NCBI GenBank assembly: GCA_951406725.2
Contig: OX597817.1
Location: 120,218,001-120,282,000, forward strand
DNA from: Octopus vulgaris
Taxonomy: Eukaryota
Direction: 5' to 3'
DNA length: 64,000 nucleotides
The first letter of the stretch is position 1; the number at the start of each line of letters is the position of its first letter. The notes under the pieces are model-generated. The model saw nothing but the letters and a program-made list of their open reading frames with translations. It made no database searches and was not told where the DNA came from. This document shows, piece after piece, positions 49,188-63,600 of this stretch. A program made the position numbers and the translations under genes.

Positions 49188-51614
49188 GCAGAATATATTG
49201 GAAATGTGACTAAATATGCATTTCAATGTTTCATTTGATTGGCCTTTTGCTTCACTGTACACACACGCACACACACACATATATATATATATATCAGGAA
49301 ATTAAAAATCATAAATTTTAGTCAGTATATGCACATGTATGTGGGTGTTTATTATATACATTCAATATTTGTATTACACACACACACACAAACATCTGTA
49401 TGTGTATGTGAGTGAGGAGAAAGAAGGGGAGGAATGAGATAGTTGTGTGTGTGTAACTCCCAGACTGATACAAATGGATACATCAAGCACCTCTTTTATT
49501 TATTATAACGAGGTGAATATAGAAATGAAAATTTATATAGAATGTTTGAATACATTTTTTTGTTTGTTTTATTTCATATTTGAGCAACAAGAATTATCTT
49601 TCCTTCTATCTATAATTTTATGGGTAGAAATGCTGTGCAGAATGAAAGGAGCAATAAAATCTTCACTTAAGTAAAGGCCCATATTTTTGTTTAAATGGCT
49701 GATATAAAATTGTCTTATGGGTTTAATAATAAATAATTTTATTGCTGTTTTCCATTAATGCAAAGGAATCCTTTCATTTGAAATTAGCTCAATTCATTAA
49801 AATATGGCTATATAACATTTAATTTTGGTAAATAGAATTAACATATATTGATACTAATTTCTAAAAGACAAATCAAATTGCATATCAACATGAGTAGCAT
49901 GTATTTGCAACTACTTTTCCAAGTACATGGAATTGATGTATTTATGTATTTATGCCCTATGATTCCTCATATAGATAAAAGTACAACTAAAGTATTAAAA
50001 ACACTCACACACAAACACACATATATATACACAAACGTATTTCAGCTAACAGAAAAGAAACATCTTCAGATATCCTGTCTAATCATGATTTATAATTTAA
50101 TGAAGTTAAAGGTTAGCTGTTTTTCTTTAAGAAGGCAAAAAATGTAGTTTTATAAAGATAATTTATGTTGATGAACAATAGACATGTAATTCACAGCCAA
50201 CAGAATCACCAGTGTATCTAAATCATTCAGGAGAGGAACATATACATATATAAAATGTGTTTTCATAGACATGTGAGCAAACATCATTCTACATTTAAAA
50301 TAGTTTATGAAATAGTAAAAATTATTTATTTAAATTAAGAGGAAAAAGAAAAGTTAATTAATTAGTATCACACACAAATTTATTTCATATATAATGTATA
50401 TATATTACCATTAATAAGAAACAATTTCAAAGAATTAATGACAACATTCCCAGTAAACAAACAACCAAAACAGCTTTTTGCCTCTTACAACACATATTTC
50501 AAATTGAATTTTATTTTTTTTATCAAAACCAGAATGAAACAATCTACTATGATACCACAAAAAGCTTTCCACCTCTTAGAAAGAAATTCAATGACCATCT
50601 AAATTTACCAAAGCTTGAATTTATTTTAAATTAATTTTCAAATAGTGAGGATGTAAATGGAAATTCATACTATCTATCTTTGAAAGTTGTACTCCTGATA
50701 AATAATATTTGTAATTAGAAATGTATTGTATTTATCTAAATAAATCTATATATATATATATATAAAATGTGCAAAACTAAATAAGATAGTCAATAATCCA
50801 AGTTTACTTAAGCATGCCAACACTCATTCTTTGTCAAATCAATAATTGAACTTTTATCATGTGTTACTCACAGAGTACATTTGTGACTGAGAAGTCAATA
50901 AATTTATGCATTATCTAATGATTTATACTTTTATCTCAAGTCTTTTACACTGTCGGGTTAGCTTATCAAGAAAATGTTGTATACCAAACTTGCTTAAACA
51001 AAATAACTTAAAAAGCTAATACAAAAGACAAACTCAATTCTGATGAGAAAAATTCTCCTTTAAAAAAAAAAGCAAACAACAAGACAATCAAAAAATACAA
51101 AGACAAAAATACAAATTGTAAATGTAAAGAGATGGCAAATATTTCCACAAAACTATTTTGCTATCTCTGAAATGTCAATAAAACAAAGGTAAACACTTAC
51201 AACAGTATAGATAAGGTCTCGCAATTCTATCTACAGTTCAAAAAATAGCTTATTGTAAAATCTTTGCATTCCGTCAATATTGTTCAGTTTATGATGAATG
51301 AATATCATTTAATACTGTATGTCTGGTAATCATAAGGAAAAACATGATGCAGTCAATAGCTGTTTATATACATATTCTCTTCATCAACGAATTCAGTCAG
51401 AGTTTAAATGAAATAAAAGATCTTTCAAATTTTTTTACTCATGAAACCAAATTTAAAAGGATAAAATGGTTCTCAAAATTTTAAATTAAGTCTTTTTCTT
51501 TGTAAATGTCTTTACAAAATACTGTGGCATATATATGTATCGGCTAACTTCAGTTTTTAACCTGTATAAACATAAATCTATATACATACACATATAAGTA
51601 ATATCACATATTGT

Positions 51615-52853
51615 AGTTGGAGAGCAAGATGAAGAAGTTAACGACATTGTACAGAGCTTTACACTCTAAAGCAACTGTCATAAAATTGTACATTAAGAGA
51701 AAGAATATTGATAGAATTCTCTTCAGTCTGGATTCTTGTGTAAGTAGTGAAAGGAGAATGCTTGCAGAATATTTAATAAACAGTAACAAAAAGCTGTTGC
51801 AGTATGCAGCAGAAGATATGGGTATAAATGCTGATGAAATGTTTGTTAAGGAAGAGCTTAACTAAAGAATTAAAGATAAGAGAAATGAAGATCTCCTGGG
51901 AATGAGAATGCATGGTCATTTTGAAAGAAATACACAGGATATCAAGAATACAACAATATCATGGACATGGCTTAAGCAAGGCAATTTGAAGCATACCACT
52001 GAAAGCCTTAGTGTGGCAGCACAAGACCAAGTTCTTGTTATTAATTCAGTGAAGTATAACATCTACAAAACTGCTGACACCCAAAATTGCAGACTCTATG
52101 AAAATAATGTAGAAAGAGTAACCCACTTGGTAAGTGGATGTGAGAGCCTTGTGCAAAATGAATACAAATGCCACCACGATGAAGTCTCTTTGTGCCTTCA
52201 TTGGCTTTTATACTGTAAATACCAATATAATGTAACAGAGAAGTGGTATGAGAATGTGCCTAATGCAGTAATGCAAGAAGATGGGAATTATGATTTTCAG
52301 ACTCATAATTAAGCACTTCCAGCCAGATATTGTCATATTGTCAAATTGAAAGTGGAGATGGCAAAACTGTTTGGAATGTGAGTTATGATCAGGGCATTAG
52401 GGAATAGGAAGCCAGACATAGTCTTAATTGAGAAAGAAAGCAAACTATGCTGGATCATAGATATAGCATGTTCAGCTGACAACAAGGTATGTGATAAGAA
52501 ACAAAGAAAAGTTGATAGATATGACAGGTTAGCTTGGGAGGTTAAGCAGTTGTGATCGATGAAAAAGTGGTAGTAGTACCAATAATTGTCGGAGCCTTGG
52601 AAACAGTGAGTAAAAATCTTGAGAAGTACATGGAACAAATAGGAGCTGCAATAAGGGTGGAGCACTTGCAGAAAACTGCTTGGAACCACTTGAATACTCC
52701 GGAAGGTGCTCGAAAAATAAGAGGTGATACCTTAGTTCACTGGAAGTGAAAAGCTGACACTGTAGTATATCTCCAGTGTTAGAAGCTGTGCAAAGGCAAT
52801 AATAATAATAATCATAATAATAATAATAATGATGATAATGATAATAATAATAA
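51615..52853 (+). mobile_element. R4/Dong-clade LINE relic (post-RT region, zinc knuckle, endonuclease) with (AAT)n tail; chimeric
   Basis: LYIKRKN, MHGHF, SWTWLKQGNLK, AAQDQ, CRL..HLVSGC, RKPDIVLIEK..IIDIAC, KVDRY, VVPIIVGAL, LQKTA; tail 52798-52853. Confidence 0.9.
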
Positions 52854-52984
52854 TTTCATCAGATTAGCCATAAAGGCTTTACACAGATAGAAGCAGTTGC
52901 AGGCTGGACAAAACACAAATGAGATGAATGATAAGTAAAATAAATGATACTGATGAGGGAAGGCAGACGATGCTCACTGAATAC

Positions 52985-53170
52985 AATATTATATTCTTCT
53001 ATCAATCACTGTGCCAATCACTTTCATGCCAAGAATTGTGACAATCCTGGCAATCATGAGAAATGACTCGAAATAATTTTTTTTTTAGCCTTTTCTGATG
53101 ATTCGCAGGATTATCTCAACTCCTGGTATGAAACTGATTAGAAGAATAGGTCATAAAAGAATATAATATT
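52985..53170. ncRNA. Head-to-head inverted pair of decayed hammerhead motifs (PLE terminal-repeat type)
   Basis: Plus copy ctgatga-ttcgcagga..tcctggta-tgaaac (53095-53134); minus copy ctcatga-ttgccagga..tcttggca-tgaaag (53021-53060); both continue to agaatataatatt. Confidence 0.65.
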
Positions 53171-53251
53171 CTACATTATTTATGATAATATACCTATTCT
53201 ATTAACCAAAATACGAGTGCCTGTGTTTTCTAACACAGAGGCTTTAAAACA

Positions 53252-53446
53252 AATATATATATATGTGTATGTATATATATATACATATACACATACATAT
53301 ACACACACATACATATATATATATGTATGCATATATACATATATATATGTGTTTATTTATGTATATATATACATATATATATATACAAATATACATATAT
53401 ATATATATACATATATATATACACATACATATATATATATACATGC
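53252..53446. repeat. Compound (TA/CA)n microsatellite
   Basis: Direct inspection. Confidence 0.93.
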
Positions 53447-53454
53447 ATAGACCT

Positions 53455-53560
53455 ACTGGTCATGGTCATGGAATCATGATAAAGCTGTGGCGTCGATTCC
53501 TGGGCCAGGCAGTGCATTATGTCCTTGAGCAAGGCTCATCATTTATAATATTTCACTGGT
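53455..53560 (+). mobile_element. Old tRNA/CORE-like SINE head fragment
   Basis: gtcgattcctgggccagg...gtccttgagcaaggc resembles the head/core of the 58157-58498 SINE. Confidence 0.55.
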
Positions 53561-54889
53561 CAAACTACTTCTAACAGTTGCTCTTTATCAACCAAAGTGA
53601 GCTAAGCTTTGTTCAGTAGGTTCAACAAACCACAATAAATTTAAAAACTTATGACCATGGTTACCAAAACTCAGACTCATTCACTTACCCACATATCTCT
53701 ATATAAGCTTTAGCTGATCAAAATTTCGAAAGATTTCTACCTTGAACGTTTTCATTAATACTAATGATTTGACTTTTCATTGCAGTTATTATTTCAACTA
53801 TTTAAAAGTTATTTTTAAGTTTCTCGTTTTTCTGTATGATTACCTATACATAACTATATGTTGAATTAATTATAACCAATAGATTGCTTTCTACACGGAG
53901 CACTTAGCTTTTCATATGACTGGAGTTTGGAATAAACATTAGTACTATATAAAGCTATATCTGAAGTTTTCTTTTAGTTACAGTAGCTTAGTATATATAC
54001 AACTTTAACGAGTCATTCACGACAGACTTATTAAGAATTTATGAGGATTTAGAATAGAGTAGCATTTAATTTCTTCATTCGTACTTCCCTTTAATATAAC
54101 AATAAATTCTGAAATATGCATGTCTACAATATTTACTTCATTCTTTCCTTCCTGGACTTCAGCAGTAATATTTTCTATAAATCTTAGCATCCACACAAAC
54201 ATATGCACATACACATACATCCAATGGATAATAAATAACTAGACTGATGTGTGTGTGTGTGTGTGCGTGTGTGTAATCTATTTCCTTAACTAAAGTATTT
54301 ATCAGTCTGGATGCTAGGTAATCTATTAAAATATATTTCCTCTTAGATATTAAATGACAGGTCAAAAAGTGCAAAGGAGTGGCAGACAGAAACAAATTTT
54401 AAGAAAGCTTCAAAAGCAATCAGACCTATATTTCCTTTATTTTAAGAGAGTGATTATTATTATAAAAATCGGGTTATCAATATTTATGGTTACCTCATAA
54501 ATATCAAGGTTTGTATGGTTGTTAACAATATATACACATCAATTTTATTGACAAAAACTATAATGAACTAATGCATGGCATGTTCTTTAAAACAAAATAT
54601 AGAAAAATAGTGAAAACTGCAACAGAATATTTTGTTGATCCTCCTGAGATACAACCATAGAATATATTTATTTATTCTTAACAGTATACAGAGATTCTAT
54701 AATGAGGCAAAATTTGTTGGTACCACAGACACCTTCATGTGATTTACATATCATACAGAATCATAATAAATAAAATAAAGATAACACTGAGTAGCATGGA
54801 ACTTGGCCAAAATAAAAAAAAATAAAGAATAATTCCAACTTAGAAACTATGTACCAAATTTATTTAGATTTCCAACCTTTCTAGCATAA

Positions 54890-55102
54890 TCCTTTAGCAT
54901 TTAAACCAACCATATACAAACCAAATATTCTACCCACTTTATGTTCAAACTGGCTAGCTCTAGCTGCTCCCATCCACTCTTCAATGTCTCTCTAGAAATA
55001 AATATTCACATCATGAAATTGTGAAGCTACAAGATAGTACATGTTTCAACAAAATGCATAAATAAGTATCACAGTTGACAGAGTAATCTGAATGCTAAAG
55101 GA
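54890..55102. mobile_element. piggyBac-type MITE
   Basis: Perfect 12-bp TIR tcctttagcatt / aatgctaaagga with degenerate TTAA flanks (ataa, gtaa). Confidence 0.7.
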
Positions 55103-58098
55103 GTAAACACTAAGAAATTAAAAACTATAAAACATTTCCCATGTATGGACATCATACTAAAAAGCTTCACAGTGAAACCAAGATGCATGCATGCTGGACA
55201 ATTCAAGTAACATATCCCACCATTAAACCATACTCAATACTTCAGAGAACATCAAAAATTAGATCATATATTTAAGACAGGCTTCTAATACTTAGCATAA
55301 TTCATTAATGTTATCCTTTAACAATGGTTTATGCTTAAGCATAGAAAATTTAATGCTTAAAAAAATACAGTATATGAAGCCTATTTAACTAATAACATAG
55401 ATTTTAGGTTATATTCTGCTACAATTTTACTGTTCTGAATCACTAATTTACAAAACACACAAACTTTTCTCACTGGTGTACAACTTTAGTTTTAAGCAAT
55501 GACTATTTAAGAGCCACAGATGGTTTTTTTCCCCCACTGTGAAGTTGTCTTCGAGAATCAAAGAAAGTCGTTCAGATTTTAAGTAAAATAGTTTTAATTA
55601 GCATTCACACACAGAATTTAAGGCTTCTTCTTAAAAAATGCCATTCAGCTAGTTATTTAAAACATACATGGATATACATGGATCAAGAAATGGTTATTTA
55701 CTCTATATAATCTACAAAGATTTACAGTAAAAGAAAAACATAATTCCTAACAAGAAACTATTCTAAAAGAAAACCAGAATTCAATCTATTACTTTTGATA
55801 TAGGATTTACTTTTGGAATACAACATAAAATCTTCTAAAAATGTTTTTTACATAGTTGAATTTGAAATATAGAAATAAGAAAGAAGTTAAATGTTAAGAA
55901 AAAGTTAAATGCTTCAAAAGCACTCAGAAGATTTTTATCGTTTTTCGTTTTAGAAAATTGCAGATACATTTCTGTAAACCTAGTTTCGAGTCTTGTGTGT
56001 ATATAAGCCATTAACGTTTTATCATATAACAATTTTTTTCCAATTATGTGTTACTACATCATTAAAAGTCTGCTTTTATATTTTTCAAAAGAAATTCAAA
56101 TGTGTCAAAAACAACACATGTAGCTACACACAAGTATTCACACACACACAAAGAACACATAAAAAGTAAAAAGAAAAAAACGATTGCTATAATTTTCAGG
56201 CATAGCCACATAGAAATTATGCAAAATACAAATATTTTGACTTAATATTTTGCTTTGTAACTATTTATTACAGAAGTGGTAGTATGACTAAAATAAGGCA
56301 TAATGTGTCAATATTAATTTTCTACAAACAAAACTGTTGCATGTTTGTTCATTTCAAATGAATAGAATTTAAACAACAATTACAGACATATTTTATTAAT
56401 TTACCAAAATAGATGCTCATATGGTAATTTGCCATACACACACACACACACACACACTCACACACACACGCATGCATGCACACAAACATATATTTCAGAT
56501 CAAATTTAAAATAAGTAGACTGTGCTTGAAATTTCTAAGCAGTATCATATTCAACAAAGTAATAAGGGGATTAATTATGGTCTCCATTACAAAAAAATAC
56601 TAAATAAATTAGCCAAAATTGATTAAGTTAATAAATAATATGAAGTAAGTACTAATATTTGAGTCAGAGCTATTTGTTAGAAGAATCTTTCTCTTTCGAT
56701 GAAGGGCTCCACTCATCATATTAGAAGTCATTTTTCATCATGGTACACAAACATTTGATTTGTGAACTTTAGCATATTTATTTAAAGCCCTGCTTTACAA
56801 TCCTAAATATTCTTGGCTGATAACATGATATTTACTATCCTGAGAAAACATGTTTGATTAGCTAATAGGTATTTACAAATACATTATCTTGGTAAGGGGC
56901 CTATGTTATTTTCATTAATAGCAAACTTTCCTTCTCATGTTTCTCCATACGAGGTATTAAGGTGGATGATTATATATGGCAATTTTGTGAAACTCGTACT
57001 TTCTTTACCATAAATTTTGAAAGGAAGATACAGCCCTAAAATTATGAATTGACAGAATTTGAAGAAGCAAATATAAAATCATTCACCATTAAACACTGCA
57101 AAATCTGGTAAAACAGTGCAAACCCCATTACTTGCCACATATTCATTTTCTTGAAGTTGTTTCACCTATAGAGGATCTATAGATCTAATAAAATGTATAG
57201 TTAAAGCAAGATGCAGATGAGGAAAAATCCTCAGTTTAAATGAGGACACTGCACAGATAATAATGTAGGGATCAATCTTAACTTATACTTTAAAATATAT
57301 TGCACAATGTATTTCTAATTCTGTTTGATGTTTGGATTTACTTATGCTGTGTTTCATGTAAGATAACATACATCTGATGAACAGCTAATAATTTTGATAA
57401 ATTCATCTCAATCTGGCATATAACTAATTTTATTTATTGAAATAAAGTTCTTTATCAACAGAAACTAAGCTAATACAACAAACAGATATATTATTTTCCC
57501 ATACTCATTCAATATTTTCTCTTTTATTGATATGTAACCACATGCTGTTTACATGAAGAAAACACATTTCAACTGTAATTCACTATTTTGTCTAAGAAAA
57601 ATTGGTGTTAGTGTTTGAATGGAAACAATTCATATTTTATTATTTCATATATATATCAGATATAATTGTACTAATTCCAGGTGAGGAGTTATAAATTTGA
57701 TTTATAATTTTCTGCAATGAATTATAATCTGAATAGTATATTCATAGCAAATAATGAACTTTAGCTTTCAGATTTCTGCATATGCTATGATAAATTCTCT
57801 TATCATTATGCACTCTATGGTTAGGTTATAATTCATGCCCTTTATTGCTAACAGGGATTCAACAGTTTACTTAATTTAAGTACAGTCTCCTAAGAAAAAC
57901 AACTGGCAATTTCAACAGTATTTTGGTACCATTTTTAATATTTAAATGCTTCTATAATTTATACTCCTTCAAGTCTCAGTGTTGATATCCAATGTAACAA
58001 TGGTTGCAAGTTCAATTGTAGTCAATGGTTTTGCATATATATATATAAATATGTCAACAAATGATGAGAAAAGAACAATTTATATTAAACTGACATTT

Positions 58099-58156
<58 letters not shown>

Positions 58157-58159
<3 letters not shown>

Positions 58160-58498
58160 GGAGACCCCCTTCGGTCACGACACAGACCATGGGATTGCAC
58201 CTAGAAAGTTACCCTCCTAGACACAAGTCCAGGCGAGGTTATTCATGGAAGACCAGCAGTCGCCTATACATACCAGCCTCCCCTCTCCACGCCACCAGTG
58301 TTATCCAAGGGAAAGACAAAGGTCGATACAGCTTGGCACCAGTGACGTCGCAACTCATTTCTACAGCTGAGAAAACTGGAGCAACGTGAAATAAAGTGCC
58401 TTGCTCAAGAACACAACACGCAGCCCGGTCTGGGATTCAAGCTCACAACCTCACGATCGTAAGCTCGACGCTCTAACCACTGAGCCATGTGCCTTCAC
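58157..58498 (-). mobile_element. tRNA-derived SINE (family D) in (TA)n
   Basis: Reverse complement gtgaaggcacatggctcagtggttagagcg (A box)...gcttgaatccc (B box)...gtgttcttgagcaaggcacttt (core-like). Confidence 0.9.
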
Positions 58499-59579
58499 TA
58501 TATATGTAATATATGTAATTCCTAATAAATGTGTCTTTTCATATATATATATATATATATATATGAAAAGACACATTTATTATGAATTATATATATTTGA
58601 CTCCAAGTAACTTAAAAGTTTTGTAGGCTTCTTACAGAAACCTAGCTCATTCAGGCTCAGATGACCAAATCTGAATACACACACACACACATATATATAT
58701 ATATAAAACATTACTACTCAATACATACTACTCAAACTTTACATGGGTCAAAAATATAATTAGTTAATGAGTGAATGATAGCATCAACAAACAATTTCAA
58801 GACATTTTTTTAAAGAGATAATTTGAGTTAGTAATTACAGCTTATTTTGAAAAGTTTCTGAAGTAGCATATAAAAAATTACATTTTATGCTGATATGCTT
58901 AACCATATGCATCAAAGAAATCTAAACTATTCATTTTATGATGCAAAAGGTTAATTAGATATTTTAATCTATTAACATTTTCACAAATGACTTGATACTC
59001 AGTTTATTTAGTATTCCACAAATTATTTTTAAACAAACAATGCTTTGAAAATATGTGTATATCTTCCTACGAATGTTTAAAAAGGTGAAATTTTTGTCAA
59101 TTTTTCCATAAATTCCCACCACCTGCAAAATCTTTACCAAAAAAATAATAATGTATTTCCATCACAATTCTAACATGTTTTTCGTAACTAAAATACCACG
59201 CATCATAAATTGCAATAAAAGTTTGTAAAGAAATAACACCGGCAGCAATGCATCCAAAACTACTGAGTTATCTATTTTGCGTTAACTGATAAAGCAGCTA
59301 TCTTGAATTCATGAGGATTTTCTGAAAACAAAACTATTAATCTTGACACTATTAACTTGGCTGAAATCTTAACAGCAAAAAAAAAAAAAAGAATCAAACA
59401 ATGCTAAACAATGCTTATATTCATAATTTGATAATGGGAAATGATTTAAGTTCAAAACAATGACCAGTTAATGATAAAAATGATTTGCAAGCCTATTGGT
59501 ATTGCTACTGTTTCCCTTAAAGCAGGCATAAAAATATAAATGTGAAGATTTACTGTTTTTTTCATTTGAATCTTTTATA

Positions 59580-59832
59580 TAGGGTCGCTCAAAAGTCACA
59601 AAGGTGTTAATAATTCATTAATGCTATTTTAAATTTACAGTAACTTAGCACCACATACGGTGTGTGTGTGTGTATATATACATATATATATACATATATA
59701 TATATACAAGAAATATATGTACATTTCTACATTAGAAGTGAAGAGTCACATTGTGTGAATTAGAAATAAAAGTATGTTAATAAAACAGATTTATTTATCT
59801 TTTAGACTGTCTGTGACTTTTGGGCCATCCCG
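59580..59832. mobile_element. Tc1/mariner-type MITE
   Basis: TA|tagggtcgctcaaaagtcaca ... tgtgacttttgggccatcccg|TA: ~21-bp imperfect TIRs with TA TSD. Confidence 0.8.
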
Positions 59833-59894
59833 TACTTTGCAAATTTCCATCACAATTTTCAACCTTTAGAACTGTAACAATAGTTGTTGATTAA

Positions 59895-60137
59895 CCCTTA
59901 TAGTGCAGAAATCAGATATATTCACTCAAAGTTTGATTACTCTTAACTGCAGAAAGCAGTCCTGTATACCAATCTATCTTTTGTTGGGGGAATGTCATGC
60001 TTGAAACTACTTTTCGTTGAGGTGCGTAAAGTTTATTGAGGCAATGCGACTTGCAAAAAAATACCAATTCTGTCTTTTGGTAGATATTTATCATCATAAC
60101 TGAAATAACCATGAAATTTAATTTTGCAGTTAAAGGG
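59895..60137. mobile_element. piggyBac-type MITE with perfect TTAA TSD
   Basis: TTAA|cccttatagtgca ... tgcagttaaaggg|TTAA. Confidence 0.85.
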
Positions 60138-60463
60138 TTAAATGCCAAATTGTCTCAGAAGAGTTGTTGTCAGTAAAATTGCAATTTTTCAGACTATTAA
60201 CCTCATCTATAGAGATTAATAAAATATTTAATATATCTATGTCTATGCAATCATAAAATTTCCAAAGAGAGAAAAGAAAAGCATTTTTTTTATAATAAAA
60301 GACCTACTAAACAAAAGTTATGAATATCTTTCTACAATGCCAGAATAAAGAATAAGAATGTAAAGAGTATATAATTTTGTATGCATATGTTTATTCATCA
60401 GTGCACTTTAAATCAAGATATCTCGAATTTCTATTATTAAAATAACAGATATTTCATATAATA

Positions 60464-60668
60464 CTTTCTATCATAGGTACAGGGCTTGAAAGTTCAAGAG
60501 AGAGGAGCAGTTGATTACATTGACCCCAGTACTTGACTAGTATTTATTTCATCAACTCTGAAAGACAAAATCAGACACAGCAAATTTGAACTTTGAATAT
60601 AAAACTGGAAGACCTGTCACTCAGCATTTTGTTTGGTGTGCTAATAATTCTGCCAGCTTGCCATCTTA
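60464..60668 (-). mobile_element. SINE family A (older, internally deleted)
   Basis: gattacattgaccccagtac...aatttgaact...cagcattttg...gctaataattctgccagcttgccatctt. Confidence 0.8.
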
Positions 60669-63600
60669 GGAATCTTATATAATAAAAGAGAGTTAAATCT
60701 ATATAAACATTTTTGTGCATAATTATATGAATGTATATGCAAAAGGACATTTACGCCACACATGTTAATGCTTACAGCAACCAGTACCTAATGGGCAGCT
60801 CTTTACAATTTTTAAACAATTACTTGTATTGCTCAGAATATTTCAATAAATCCCAAACAGTCAAAATGTTTGAATTGTAGATATGTCAAATTTTTGCTAC
60901 TTATTTGGGGTAATGCAACACTTGGATCAGCTAATAAATTCACAAAACAGAAACTGCGAAGCAGAGTCTTATTTATGAATTAATTGCACTGAATATACAT
61001 ATGTAGACAGACACCTTTACATTTATGTATACAGTATCATAAATAGTATTTCAATTACACATATACATGTTAAATACATCATCTGCCAGAACTCTAGACA
61101 CAATCATTTTTACAAGAGTTCAAAATACATGATATAACTGCTATGAAGAGATGTGTCTTCAGAACTTTCAGTCAATTAAATGTTTGAATGATATTATGTT
61201 TTCATATCAGCTAGATACTATTTATCAGCAGTATAGCAGTATTAGTTATCTTTATTGAAAATGACTAGAAGATATATCAAATATCACTTTTTATGGCACA
61301 TGTATATCAAGATGAATTTATATAATGACATTTATGATAAATTTGCCAATAACATTTTTTATAGGCAGGCATAAGAAACTTCTATCACAGTAAGCTTTAC
61401 TGAGAATATTAGCATCAAAAGATGATAAAGGAACTATTATGCAGTAAATATCCTAAAGAAATGGAGATATTTTTTTTAATGACATTTCGTTTCATGAAAG
61501 CTATTTGATATGTTGCATTCTTTCTAATTTCTAAAGATTTTATTTTTCATATTTCATTCATATTCTTCTGTTGAATCACATGATTACTAATGTCTTAGAT
61601 TTGATTGTTTAGTACAAATTCGGACAAACATTTTCTCTGCAAATGTCTGAGATACAATAGGAAAATGTATACAAATACATTGAAGACTTTGATGCTAGAG
61701 AAATCATGCAGATATTAATCACATAATGGCTTAAAATTACTGACTCTAAACCAAAACAACTAACAATTTTCAAAAAATATACCCTGCTTTATATACAATA
61801 AATATTTCATTATTTTTACTTCTTGGCTATTTTGTAATTTTGAACGAAATACTCCATTTCAAACTTTGCAAGAATTTTTAAAGCAGGTGGCTTAAGCTAA
61901 TCCAAATCATATATTATTTAAGATATTTTCTATTTATCTAGATATACATAACTTTTATTGCATTGAAGAAAAAAATATATGATTTTTAATGGTAGAATAT
62001 TTTTACTGATGCACAAAAATGTGTTTGTACTATTTCCACATCAATCCACAAAATATTTATGCAAAACTATTATATCAAGAGAAGTCTTATTGCATTCTGC
62101 CGATTTCTGATTAGATTTAGCCAAAAGAAACAACATCAATAAAAATAGTTCTTTTTTTTTGTTGTTATTAAATAATGTATGATAGGAAAATGAGATTAAC
62201 AGAAAATTATCTCTAATCTTTCACTTTGACAAATTAGTTTTGTTTTGAAGAAATTAATAAATAGTCAAAGGAAAATGAAAAATATTGATGTCAAATGTAA
62301 ACATTTTCACTGAGCAATATCAATTAATAATTTTAACAAAAGGCACAACAAATTTCAACATCAGACCATTGCAAATCATTAATGTGTTCTACCAATATTT
62401 ACTTAAAGTTTATAAAGAGCAGAAACTCGATAGGGTTAAATCCATATGCTTATAAAAAAAAGACATGTTAAAAAAAAAGCTAAACTTTGCTAAACAGTAG
62501 AGATAATGATTGCCATCAGATGTTTATAACCAATGAGTAAACTTTTGTAAATGTACTGAAAATTGTGCTTAATCTTTATTGATCAAAGTTATCTTACAGT
62601 GAGTATGGCTATCACAATTGAAGTAAAGTCTAACAATACAGTGGAAAGTGACTTAGTAGATAATGTCATGTGCCAGTAAATGATAGTCTACAAAATGATA
62701 ATCTGCAAAAGCAGCTACATATGTTCCAGTTATTATGAAATTAAATTATAATTATGAAGGAACTGACACTTATCACTGGGCCTGGTCCTCTTTTCACTGT
62801 CTCAACTCAATTCATATAATGTCTAACATCTCTGAAAATTGTTTCCTTTATCTAAATTTCAATTTTCAACAAACTATTCTAACATTCTGGCCTTTTTCAG
62901 TAAAAATATTTATGATTGTATACAATTTCAGAAAGATAATTTTGACAGCATCATGAAATATTAATATATTTAATGGCATGAATAAAACTTATATCAAAAT
63001 ATGCATAAATACTTGTAAATTAACTATTCATTATCACTGCATATTTTGAGTTTTGCATCAATCACAATTAGATATTTATTTTTAACTTTTTAACAGTTAT
63101 CTTTGAAAGAAAACATAAAAAAAACAGAAACGGAGAGAGATAAGGAACTAATTTGTTTTCATAATTCCTACATTTCAATTTCACAAAGGCTTTCCAGGAT
63201 TTTCTCATAATAAACATTCTCATTTTTATAATACCACTTCAACTCAAATCATTATTTTCCATAAAGAAACTCATTGTATGCTGAAAGGTAATCAGTATAT
63301 TTTAGAAATTTCTCCTCATCAATCTTCACTATTGCAATGTAGTTTCCTATTCTCTTATAAGAAAATGCCAACAGAATCATGAATCAATTTTACTGGCTTT
63401 TAATACTGCTATATTTAGGAAATGAACTCAGATGATTTGATTAATTTATTTCAAAGATTGTACAATTCCTGATAGTGTCTTGAATTGCTTAAAACAATAT
63501 TAAGAGCTATAAACAATGTGTTTATTGGAATTAACTTTAATTTGTAATTATCAATACAAAATCTTGACTGGTGATATTCAATTTACTTCCTATCTCTTTA

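Noticed and set aside
52950-52985. ctgatgagggaagg...ctgaatac (also ctgatga at 23891 and 29967)
   Set aside because: No GAAA box or consistent stems; chance 7-mers.
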